A stretch of DNA of 64,000 nucleotides, taken from NCBI GenBank assembly GCA_051294375.1, contig CM119265.1, forward strand, positions 27,038,517 through 27,102,516. Reading direction: 5' to 3'. The translations under genes were made by a program, and so were the position numbers. The notes under the pieces are model-generated. The model ran no database searches and was not told where the DNA came from. It was given only the letters and a program-made list of their open reading frames with translations. Source of the DNA: Paraspadella gotoi. Taxonomy: Eukaryota; Animalia; Chaetognatha. Positions 38,924 to 50,322 of this stretch are shown piece after piece (the first letter of the stretch is position 1; every line of letters begins with the position of its first letter).

Positions 38924-41777
38924 CTAGTCGGCTTTAGTAAAATCGATATCTCCTCCGTAGGCGGCCATGAGGTACATGATGACGAAGCCGATGATGATTC
39001 CACTGTGTTGAATCGCAACCACGAGCAAAGTGTTCGATCCACTTCGAATCATTTCCTCCGCCTGAAGAAAAAAAAATCGAATCGAAATTAAATATCAACT
39101 AGGGTTTAAAACCAATACCCTGACCATTCGAATGAAGACCCGCAAATTAAAACACTGTGGCGAATCCTAAATTCGCCTCCCGTATAGCTTGGTGAAACTA
39201 AGCTCGTCCCATTGGCTTGGACAGCTAAGCACTCGTTCACCAACCGTGAGTTCCGGGTTCAATCCCCTCACAGTCACGCTGGTTAAAGTTGTGATGGTGT
39301 CGGCATAAACACGCCAGTGACATGGGGTGGTCACTGCAGGTCCAAAGCCCTGAGCGCCAGCTAGCGGGAGATGCCTCACACCCCATGCATCACACATGTC
39401 CCCCCGTTGCCATAACACTACAATATGCAAATGAGTTTAAACTGTGTAGTTATCATTCACCGAAGTCCCGCCGTTTCAATATTTTTGTTAAGCAAGAACC
39501 TGTTGATTGAGTTCTGGCACCATATCCACCAGGGCGATGTACAAGAACATCCCAGCGGCGATGGCGAAAATCCACTGCGCGCTCTGTGTCGTGTCGCCCA
39601 AGATGATTCCGAATATAAGTCCGCAGTAGCACATGCAAGCCGACAAAAAGTTGTACAACAGTGCCTGGTGAAAACGTAAGAAGAAATGAAAGCTTAATTT
39701 TACATGCATTAGCCGATTGGGGTTGGGCGGGTGTTTAGGGTTAGGGTAGTTAAGTGACACCATTTACCTTTTTTTTTAGTAATAAAATTGATATACGTTG
39801 TTATTCATAAGCGAAAATCAAAGCCGACCCCAAAATGAGTTTTTTCCCCCAACCTGCTTGAACTTCATCCCCGAGTTGAGCAGGATGGCGAAGTCCCCGA
39901 GCTCGTGGGGGAATTCCTCGCAGACGACGGCGACGGAGATGCTGATGCCGGAGAGGACGGACTCGGTGAAGGCGGCGCCAATGGAAAGACCGTCGATGAA
40001 GTTGTGGAGTCCGTCGCCAAAGATGACCATCCAGGCGACGGTGGCGATGTCCGAACCCGAAGTTGGCGCGTCGTGGGAGTGGCCGTGGTGGGCGTGGCCG
40101 TGGGGAACCACGCCGTTGGGGGCGTCGCGGAGGAGTACGTCGGAGAATGATTCGGGAGAAACCTGGCGAACGAGAGTCTTTAGGTCAAAATTCTTTTAAA
40201 AGAATATAACCAATCACTAATCACTTGGTCCTCTAGAGGTTTGAGCGCCTGTTGACTCTCGCTGTGCTTGGGCGTCCTCGCCTGATGATCCCCTTTCTTC
40301 ATGTGGGGGACTTTCATCTCCGCGGCTTCGTTGGTCTGTACGCTCTGCGCTTTGATTGAACAGATGGGCGGAATCTCGGCTTCCGGCGACTCGGATCGTT
40401 CGGCGTCGGCGTCGTACTTCCGGTCGGCCGACTCGTGGCGCCGCCGCTCGTGCCGCAACTCTCGCTGCCTCTTGCGCCAAGTCTCCGCAGAGCGGAGGAC
40501 GCGCTCCGTGACGAGGAAGAGGTAAATGCCGGCGAAGATGGTCGAGGCGCGGTGGAGGTAACTGCGTGAAAAAAAAGAATTAACTTACCAAACCCTTACC
40601 CATAATGACGCTCCCCCCCAATTTCCTCCTCACCCGAGACCGCCCATTTCTTCGGGCGTCATCCCGAAGGTGTGCGGCATGAGGTGCAGCAGCCCCGAGC
40701 CCGAGAGGGTGCCCACGGCCAGACCCACCATCCACATTAGGCACTTCTTGTACATCCGGGTCTCGATAAAGGGCATGACGACGGCGCCGCCCAGCGAGCA
40801 GAAGCTGATGATTGTGACGAAGAGGAAACCGTAGCCGATGCTCGTAGTGAGAGGGAGACGACGTTCTTTGGGAAGAGATGGGGAGCACGATCTGGAGAGA
40901 GAGAGAGAGAATCCTTGAGCTTAATTTTTATATTATCTCAACGTAAGAAATAATGACGGAATAAAATTTTGAAATTGACAGAGACGTGTTAGTATAGTAA
41001 ACATCGAATGCTTTAAAAAAATAATGAAAGCCAGCGAGAATCGTTAGCTAAGAAAAGCAAACGCATAAGCAAGGGATTTGGGAGACTTGTTTTTTAACGT
41101 AATTCTATCAAAAAAATAAATAAATATGAATATTTTTAACAAATTGGAAATGATCAGTTGATCACCTGCAAGATTACTGACTTAGATTGGTCGTTGTTTA
41201 ATGTATAATCTTTTTTTCTTTTTCACTGAAATTTTGATTTATCCACATTTTGATAAGTTAACATCTTCAATTAGGAATTGCAGCATAAAAACAACACCGA
41301 GAATTAACGAAGTTAATAAAGTGATTTAAGCTCATTAATTCTATCTCCATCTCACTTTTTACGAGATTCGAAATCCACGAGGAGCGCCGGCGCTAACTTC
41401 TCCACGCATCCGGCGTCAAGGTCCATGGCGCCGCTTTCGGCCAAAAAGGCGCCGACCGAACGGATTTCGGCGGCGGCGTCCTTGAAGGACGCCGTCGCCA
41501 GGCAGTCGGCGGCAGAGAGGGACCCGCAATCATAGAGGGATAGCGGCGACGACGAGGAAGACGACGACGACGACATATTGCAGGGAGGCGAAGCGATGAA
41601 GGACGCGAGGCCCTCTACCGACGTCAGCGCCGACTCGGGAAAGAAAGAGTCGACGCTCGCCGAATAGAGGGCGCTGAGATTCTGGACAAAGTCGGGGCGC
41701 GTGGCGGCGACCGCAGAGAGAAAGGGGAGACAGAGAAAAGAGAGGAGAGAGAGGAGAAAGAGAGAGGTAGACGGCAT
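38924..41777 (-). CDS. LIV-1 family ZIP metal transporter, ZIP8/ZIP14 type (spliced)
   Basis: Signal peptide [84 protein letters not shown]. Confidence 0.9.
39156..39413 (+). mobile_element. 258-bp solo-LTR-like element with tRNA-type Pol III promoter (Helenus/TRIMp3-like), copy 1, in the last ZIP intron
   Basis: TGTGGC...GCCATA ends; 4-bp TSD ACAC (39152-39155, 39414-39417); A-box-like TGGCTTGGACAG (39213-39224); B-box GGTTCAATCC (39256-39265); homologous to 53979-54236. Confidence 0.8.
39302..39391 (+). ncRNA. Twister-like structured RNA domain within element copy 1
   Basis: GGCA-TAA-ACAC-GC-[CAGTGAC..GTCACTG]-CAG-GTCCAAAGCC-CTG...ATGCC; stems covary with copy 2. Confidence 0.5.
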
Positions 41778-42485
41778 TTTAAGATTTAACGGCTCCAGTT
41801 TTCTTTCGATCTGTTGAAACAACAAAAGTTTCAATTTTTTTAAGAGTTTTTTTTTCTTTTTCGTTACAGAAGGGTTCACGATTGGATCACTTTTTAAACC
41901 GAGTTGATTACGTACGTAGGAAATGAAAATACATGTGAACTAAGGCCTATAATTGGTAAATACTAAAGGGGAATGACAGTGGGCGCCCTCTAATTAAGCT
42001 TTTTATATTAGGAGAATATACATATGCATGTATTTTATGCAGTATCGATAGTTTGTTTTGAAACCTCATTGATCTTTTTTTAGCAGGTAGATCTGAATCG
42101 CTAATAATCTGTAATGAAAAAAAGTTGGTGGGTATTATCTTTTGGTGAAAAAGATATGCTACAGTCATTTTCATAAATCATCATTATTAATAACGATAAA
42201 CCATTCAACAAGCAAAATATAAATTTCAAGTTACTGACACTTTACGAGCGCATAGACTAACTATCATTAAGCTAATTCTCAAGCTCACAACGTAAACTCG
42301 AGCAACAATATGTAGAAGAGAGGGAGATACGAGAAAGTTTCAAGTATCACAGAGAACGCGTTATTGAGTTTCAAGAAGAACAAAATGACTGAGAGGAAAA
42401 GGGAAGTTTTGTAGATCCGTTGACGCGTCAATGCAAACGCCGTAAATCACTGAAAAACCCCCGGGGAGGGGGGGGGGATCCCCGT

Positions 42486-44655
42486 TCACTTGATCATTTG
42501 TCTGGCGTCGCTGAAGGTGAGATAACCGAGGGCGCCGACGACGTTGATGAACGAGGCGAGGACGAAGACGGGGAACCAACGATTTCCGGATTGCGAGACC
42601 AACTCAGCCGTGAAGGGACCGCACACGATGCCCGGCACCGTGGCGAGAGTGTTGGAGATAGCGAAAGTGACGCCGGCGCTGTGCGGCGCCAGGTCGGCGT
42701 GGTTGGCCAAGTGGCCGGACGAGTTGAATGCGCAGAGGCCCATGGAGCAGGCGACGAAGAAGAGTGCGAACCGGAGATCGCTGGCGGCGCAAAAGGCCAG
42801 CAGCGCCGCGGCGGGGCCGAAGAGGCCGACGGAGGTCATCAGGCGCCGCACGGCGAGGAGGGACCAGCGACGCCGCGTCACCAGGAAATCCGCCACGTGA
42901 CCCGAGACGATGTTGAGGAGAAAGTTGAGGAAGAAGGGAACGGCGATGTAGCTGACCGTACGGGCCTCGGCGCCTGGTAGGAATTCGTCGTTAATTGATC
43001 AAATTATCTCAGACTTATGAAATTTCAGTAAATTAATTATCTGGCTTTCCCTATCAAAGAAATAGTATAATATTTTATGAACCGTTTTAATTGAATGGAA
43101 GAACCTCCATATTCTTACATGGCAGGCCGGCCTTGCTATATTACTATCAGGTCCTTGAAGCTTTCAATAGAGACAAGTTCATCGACGCCTTACCCAACTC
43201 GTCGGTCAAGTAGGTTGGGAGCCAGTTCATCACGATGTAGTTGGACCAGTTCATGGAGAAGTGGGCAATATAGATCGCCCACAATGGACACCGATTGAAG
43301 TACTTTACGCTCGAGTCCCACAATTGCTTAGAGCGACCCCACAACTTGCGCCACCTTGAAAAATATAAGACGATTTTAAAGGCAAACATAACAAGCAAAG
43401 AATCAATTTGATTATTAGTAGCAGATAAATAAATGAAACCCTCCTTGCACAATATGTTTCATGCATAAGTGATCACCGTAAAATATGGTCATACAACCAG
43501 AAAGTCAATGCAAATACTAAATTCAATATTGATCAATAAAGGATAAACGCCATAAAACGCTAGTCCCTATTTCGATTTATACACGAGAAATCATCGTTCC
43601 TCGTTTCTTTACTTTTCAAAATATCTCACCGCCTTCCGTCGTGCCTCGCCATCCGCTGGACGTCCACCTCGTCGACGACGATCAACAACCCTTCCTTCTC
43701 TTCCTCCCGTCCATCCCCTCCCCCCACCGCTCCTCCTCCTCCTCCTCCTCCCCGGTTCTCCTCGTAAGCGCAGAGCCAGATCGGCAACCAGGCGAATCCC
43801 ACGAGGCCCAGCGAGTGAAAGCTCAGGCTCCAGTGGGAAGCCCGCGGCGCGAAGACGGCGGCCAGCACCTGCCCCGCCGAGCCCATGGCCACCAGGTAGC
43901 CGAAGGCGCGGGAACGTTCCTCGACGGGCACGTCGCGGCCAAAGGCGTGGAAGATGGCCGGGAGGCCGAGGCCTTCGCCGAATCCGAGGGCCACGCGAGA
44001 GACGATGAGGAGGAGGGGGAAAGGAGTGAGGAGGGGAGTCAGGAATGTGGTGAGGGACCAGAGGAACACCGCCGCCGCCAAGACTCGCTTGGCGCCGAAA
44101 CGTTGGGCGGCTTTTCCGCCGAGGAGTTGGCTGCAAGGATGGGAGGATTTTTGTTGTGTTAAATGAAATTGGTATAAGCATTATAAAAATTATCTATTCA
44201 TTTCATCAATAAATTATCTTGCCCCCGATTTAAGCAAGGCTATTGTTTCGCAGAGAAGAGAATCACAACATTAACAAGTTACAAATTCGGTATGTACAAC
44301 TTTTCAAAATTGTTGTGGGTCGCCCGATAAATCATTAACTTATAACGTCACACCGTCACGCGTATGATTCGCAAGAATCGATAAACAAAACGGAGCATCC
44401 TCTCGCTTCCCGCCACGCCCACCTTGACACGTAGCCAATAGGAAAGGCGCTGAGTATCCACCCTTGGGACCGGATGTCAATCTTGTACTCTTTGGCGATG
44501 GGGACGATGGCGATGGGCATGAGGATGCGGTCGGCCGCGTTGACGAGGTTGGCCGCCGCGCAGAGGCCGATCAACGTCGAAGTGGCTCGTCCGCGCGGTT
44601 TCGCGGAAACGCTGGCGCTTCCTCGATCCGCGTACGAGTCCGTGGAGATCGTCAT
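42486..44655 (-). CDS. SLC17-family MFS anion transporter (SLC17A9-like), 4 exons
   Basis: NAADRILMPIAI, ILSAFPIGY, RVALGFGEGLGLP, ERSRAF, WAIYIAHFSMNW, WLPTYL, NHADLAPHSAG, SNTLATVPG. Confidence 0.85.
43041..43080. repeat. Degenerate, inverted fragment of the 325-bp repeat family
   Basis: CTGGCTTTCCCTATCAAAGAAATAGTATAATATTTT resembles the reverse complement of 62208-62242. Confidence 0.55.
44163..44241. repeat. Degenerate, inverted fragment of the 325-bp repeat family
   Basis: ATGAAATTGGTATAAGCATTATAAAAATTATCTATTCATTT...TATCTTGCCCC resembles the reverse complement of 35570-35632. Confidence 0.65.
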
Positions 44656-44973
44656 CGCGTCGAGTCTTTTTCTCAATTCCTCCGTCGTCTTTCAAATTCC
44701 TTTCATCTCATTTCCATTTCAGTTTTTCCATTCTTTAGTTTGAGAGAATTTCCTCTTCAATAATGGAATTTCGAGACTCGAGCTCACGATCATAAAAAAA
44801 AAAGTTCTAAAAAGGTCGATAATGAAATATAAACGTGAGTAACGATAACAAAGGTAGAGAACTGTGTTCTAAAAGGTAAGGCCACTCCTGATATTTACGG
44901 TAGCGAATATTAATGATGACTAATGAATGATCGACTCGAGTAAAAAAAAGAAAACTGAAACAAAAGACAAATC

Positions 44974-46474
44974 TCATTTCTTCTTCTTCTTTTTTCCGCT
45001 TTCAGTTTCTTTATTTGCCTCAACATTTCCATCGACCGATGGCCTCTTCGTGCCCATCCCGCGGCCCGTTCCGCCGCTCGCCTCGCCGCTCGACCCGCTT
45101 CCCAGCATCGCCCGACTCCAAAAGGCGGTCTCGACTTTGGACGGCGTCCAGTCCACCTCCTTCTGCTCTTTGTTCCATCGCCTGACGATGTCCGCAACTT
45201 TTTCGGCGAACCTCAAATAGGCCGTCAGAGTGTAGTCGATCTTGGCCACGCCCAAGACGGCCGTCACAGCCTCGTCGGACATGAAGGGAACTTTCTCGGG
45301 TGCGTAGCGAGAGAGGACGAGGGAGGCCGTGGCGGGGCCTACGCCCTGAGTGAGGAACGGGGAAGGAAAGAACAATGGCGGCGGCGTTTCTTGTCACTGC
45401 CAAGCATAAGTTGGAACAATGATTGCTACGACGTCCATAAACCAGGATGCTATGCGACCAAGGGAGTGGAAGGGCAAACAGACGCTCAACGAATCTCGTT
45501 ATATTGTCATCTCAATGGTAAGGACATTCGCTACAAAAAAGGAGTGGTGTTGGACTCAAATTTTTGAAGAATCACTGGAACTTTCAACATCTATTTGTAA
45601 CTCGTTTAATAAAACATTGGTTTATATTCTAATTAATTTTGATTGATTATCGTTGCGCGTTAATTTATATTATTGGCCTCTTTTTCCTTTTATGCTGATC
45701 AGTGTCAGTCGGGGTTTCAAGAGTTAATTAAGAGGTTTCAATCGTTTCAATCCGTTTAAGATGTTTTAAGTCGTTTTAGATTAAGCCCGCTCTTGATCAC
45801 TTGATTAATGCTCATGGCTGCCCAAATATTTCCTGCAGGTTATGACTTATATCAGAACCGTCTTTGTACCATTGACAAACATTAAGACGATTCATGTCGT
45901 ATCAAGACGAGCCATCCTACAAAAATTTTCACTCTACACTGATGCATCTGCCAGTTCACTTCAAGTGAGAGAATTTCTTGGGCATCCCCTTACTAACACG
46001 CCAATTACGGTTCATCAGTGGCACCTTCGGAAATAATGCTTAATGCGGTCTCCCTAAAATTGTGCCTCTATTTATTTCTGATCCTATTTGTTAAATCCCA
46101 CAATCGAACCTTTCTACCTTCAATAGACACATTTCCTTCAGCCCCGAGCTCAGGTCGTCCGCGTCGACCCTCTCGAAGGCTTTCTTAGACGATTCCCTGA
46201 CGACTGCCTCCGCGTTCGACTCTACGAGCTTCTGCAGCCGGGGACGGAACTTTCCGCGCGCCAACTTCCATCGCGTCAACTCGGCGAGTTCGGCGGCATC
46301 AAGAAAGGGCGGGCGGCGTCGCCGAAGACGATCGTCAAAGTCGCCCGAAATCCAGGCGTCGATGCGGAGGAGATCCGCACCGGTTTTAGAGTCTTTTTTC
46401 TCGGCGGCGCGATGTCGAAGGGCCGATGGGTAAGAGAGGAGAAACGGCGCCATCGACGCAGAGTCAACAGACAT
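44974..46474 (-). CDS. Amun-like protein (HhH DNA-glycosylase-like fold), 2 exons
   Basis: ELTRWKLARGKFRPRL, LLK|GVGPATASLVLS, PFMSDEA, YTL, WTPSKVETAFW. Confidence 0.8.
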
Positions 46475-47315
46475 TTTTTGATCGAGTTTTTCTTTTAATT
46501 AATTATTTTTGTTTGTTTATTAAATTATTTTTTTTTTGATCGACGCCGCTAGAGAAGAAAAAAATGATATAAAAAAATTGAAAGATTCGGAACAGAGATT
46601 CGCGAATAAGTTTTCATTGCGAAAAGAATTGTAATGGGATTCGATTACTCCGCACTATCCTTGTTTCAATTGTGAGATTCAATTTCCTGACAACTTCATT
46701 ATATTAGAACATTAAGACTAAGGTAATAGCGTTCCACTGTTGTCAAGGACTAATCTACTTTTTTTTAGTAACGCGCGAGAGAAAATCCTCAAATTGATCT
46801 CCTAATGAGACGAGAGGTTATCACTGATAAAGATCATGAATGCGAACGGCATTTTTTACGCGGCAAAAAAACGAGCTGCACTTTCTTCGTATATTTCGTC
46901 AAAAAAGGCAAAGAAATGTTTCATTCAACGTGAAACGAACAGTGTTCGAACATAGCGAGAAATCTGACCCACAGGAGCGTCATTATGTAATGAACGTCAT
47001 AACGAAGCATGCATACTGCAAAAAGGGAAAACGATGATAGAAATTAAATTTCTACAAGAGACATGCTTTTTTTTTCACATGGCGACTTTTTTTAAGAATC
47101 GAAAAAAACAAAAAAACAAACAAAACAAAAAGATAAACGATCAAGCGATAAAAAAAATCACTAGTAAACAGTAGAGATACACAGCGAGACTGTTTGGCCG
47201 GGTTTCTGAATATCAAAAAGAAAAGGAGAGCGGGAAGAGGAGGGGTTGTAGCGCCGTACGATCACCGGCGCCGCTCAAAAAAAGGTTTGGTTTTTTTGGT
47301 TGTCGTTGATGTTGT

Positions 47316-50280
47316 TCATAGCGGACGAGGCTGATGAAGGGCGAATAGGCCGGCGACGAGCGGCGGCTCGCTTTTTAAGTTCTTCAAAGGATTTGCGGTG
47401 GAGGAAGTGGAGAGGCCCATCCACGAGCTTATTGTGCTGCCTGAAAGGAGGATCGAGGGCGAGGTTTTATTTTAATATTTAATTTATAAATGTATTTCGA
47501 TTAATTTATTCATTGATTGAACAATGAACATCTTTCTACCTGAAACGGGAGCGGGTTGGTGAGAGAGTCGATGCGAGAACGAATATCCTTCGCTCTGCTC
47601 CAACTTGGACAGAATCATGAGGACCTGTCGATACATGGGCGGGACGCGGTCCGACGTCCGAAGAGCGCCTCTGGTGGAGACGACGTTGAAGGACTCGAGA
47701 CAGTCGCACTGCACCTGGAGGAAGCGGTCAGAGTGGCGGTTCTCCACCACCACGCAGAGACCCGCCCATCCGTGGGTGAGGTAGTAGGCGGTCAGGTGGG
47801 AGCCCATCGACTCCACTTTGCCCGACGAGGTCGCCATCTCGATCATGGCGTCGGCCAGCGTCTCCGGAGCGGCCAGGCGCTGCTCCACCTAGGGGGGGGG
47901 GGAAGACAAAGTTGGAATTCACAAATAAAACATTTCGTTAGGTGGATAATTATTATTCATTATATTTCTTTTTTAGTTATCATTACAGAAGATCGAGAAA
48001 CTCAAAAGATGGAATCAAATGGAACCGGACGGAATCGGATCATAGACTCGGAGAGAAATCACCGAAAATGGAATCGAGCTCTCCGATTGGTCGAGACTCA
48101 GATGGAACCGGCCAATAGGCAGATGGGCTTCCATCCGCCAGGAAATTCTATCCACGTCTCTGATCCACTTGATCCACTTGATCTAATTGTATTGGTTTTT
48201 GTACGAGATCATTCTGTCCAAAAATTGACACCGTCTTCTTTTCTATTTTCTCTCAATAAAATCCACTTTGGTTTCATGCTGAAATCCCTGTCTTCTTACC
48301 TAAAGAATTGTTAATAAAATGTAAACAATGTAGGAAAACAATGGTTCTCGTCGTGTCTCTTCTCATCTATTACAGATAAGTGCCTAGTCTGTAAACTCAA
48401 CGCTGTCATCGACCCCTGGTCGACATTCACCAAAGCCGAGATCTGCGATGCTCCTTTAGTACCAAGGAATCCAAGGATTCGCCGCTCAAACATAATAAAA
48501 AGCGCTCACCATGACTTTTTTGGAGGAGTGAAGAGCGACGATGAATTTGGGCCTGGGGGCGCTCGCGGCGGGTGTAACTCCCTCCGTTGGCGACGAGGCG
48601 TTCCAGTGATTGAAGGCGGTGCAGACGACGACGTAGCGACCCGGTTCGAGCATCACAGTGCAGGTTACGAAGGGGTAAACCTAAAAAGATGGAGGTCAAC
48701 TCGGACGATTTCGTCGTCATACAAAATTGTCATGAATGAGTCCAGAGACAAACCTGTCGCTTGGAGTGGCCGATGTGCTTGCCGACGAGCGGACCCGATC
48801 CGCTCGCTGCCCGAAACACCATAATGCAGAGATCGACGGGCGATCGCCGAAAGGCGTCTCCATTAGCGCCACAGGCTCCGCCGCCGCCACCGCGGGTTCC
48901 CTCTTGAAAGAGACAGAGTTCCATCTCGGTCGGGGTGAACACCGTCACCTCGGTCGTCATGAGCGGCTCCTTGGCGTCGGCGGGGAACTCCCCCTGCAGT
49001 CGAACTTCTCTCCAGTTGTCGCGGATTTTGCAGACGTCGATGCGATCGAAGAATTTGAGGACGTCGTCGAGGCCGATCCAGAAGATGCCCTCGCTGTTGC
49101 GGTGAGCGGTTCCCTGAGATATTCAAATATTATCAGCAAACGTCTCAGTTTAAGTTTATATAAACTTTTTACTAACCTTGACCAGCTTCTTCAGCTCTGG
49201 AGTCCAACTCTTAGAGGAATCGCTCCAGTCGCCCTTCCACGAAAAGGTTCCCCACGGGTTCCGCAGCTGGAGTAAGCGATGCCCGCCCAGCTCCTCCACG
49301 TTCATCACGGAGTAGGCGTGGCGAGGGCGAAGTCCCAACGCTTGATATTCTGGAAGGTGGAAATGATTTTGAAAACTATCTTCTTGTGATGAGCGGGGTT
49401 TTCCGCCTCTTGTTTATGTCCAACACTTGTTTGAGATTTAGGTTTTCCCATGAAACTGTTCCGAAATATTAATGAACCTGGAGAATGCCTAATATCCTGC
49501 GTTGGCATAAATTTACAAAATATTTGTATCATTCCAAATGAAGCAATATGCAAATGAGATTTTAGTAATTCGATTAAATAAAAAACCCCGGGCCTCTCCT
49601 CACCGTCGTCGTCGACCCGCATGTTCCCTCCGCCGCAAGAGGCGCCCATGAGAAACCCGGCGGCGCGAGAGGAGACGAGCAGCGCCCAGACGAGATCGCG
49701 ATCCATGGGGGCGTCGCCGGGGGCGTAGGAGGAGTGGTGGAGGGGGATGATGTCGCAGGGGGCGCCGGTGAGGGTGGCTAGGCCTTCCACGCAACGACCC
49801 GAGACCAGGGCCTTGAAAGAGGGGCAATCGGATGAAGTAAAATAATTGTTTTAAATAATACCGAATATATAATAAACAGAGGAACTCCGTTGCTAAGACT
49901 CACCTCGTAGCATCCGTGCATCTTGGCGACGGCCTTCTCTATGAGCGGCACCCACAGTTGCTTCTTCTTCGCCTGCGAAAAGACGAGATGTCCGCCGTCG
50001 TCGCAGGGCAGCAGATCGTCCACGAGCACCATCGTCCATTGGCCGTCCTTACAGAGGCGAACCTTGTGTTTGGTAGAAAAACAGTTCATTAATAACGTTT
50101 GCAATAAATTAAAAAAGAAGAAAGATGGTCACATAATCGGTTCTCACCTGGTAAGCTCCCTCGGGACAAACTTCTCGAGTGACCATGACTCGGCGGACGA
50201 GTTCAGGTTTCTCCGCCAAGACGGCCAAGGCACTCAGGAGCCAACAGTTCCCAAGAATCCCCTGGAAGAGAAATATGAGG

Positions 50281-50322
<42 letters not shown>

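Noticed and set aside
39200-39270. tRNA gene or ordinary SINE
   Set aside because: Only the A/B boxes are tRNA-like and there is no cloverleaf. The boxes are internal to an element with inverted termini and 4-bp TSDs, with no simple-repeat tail.
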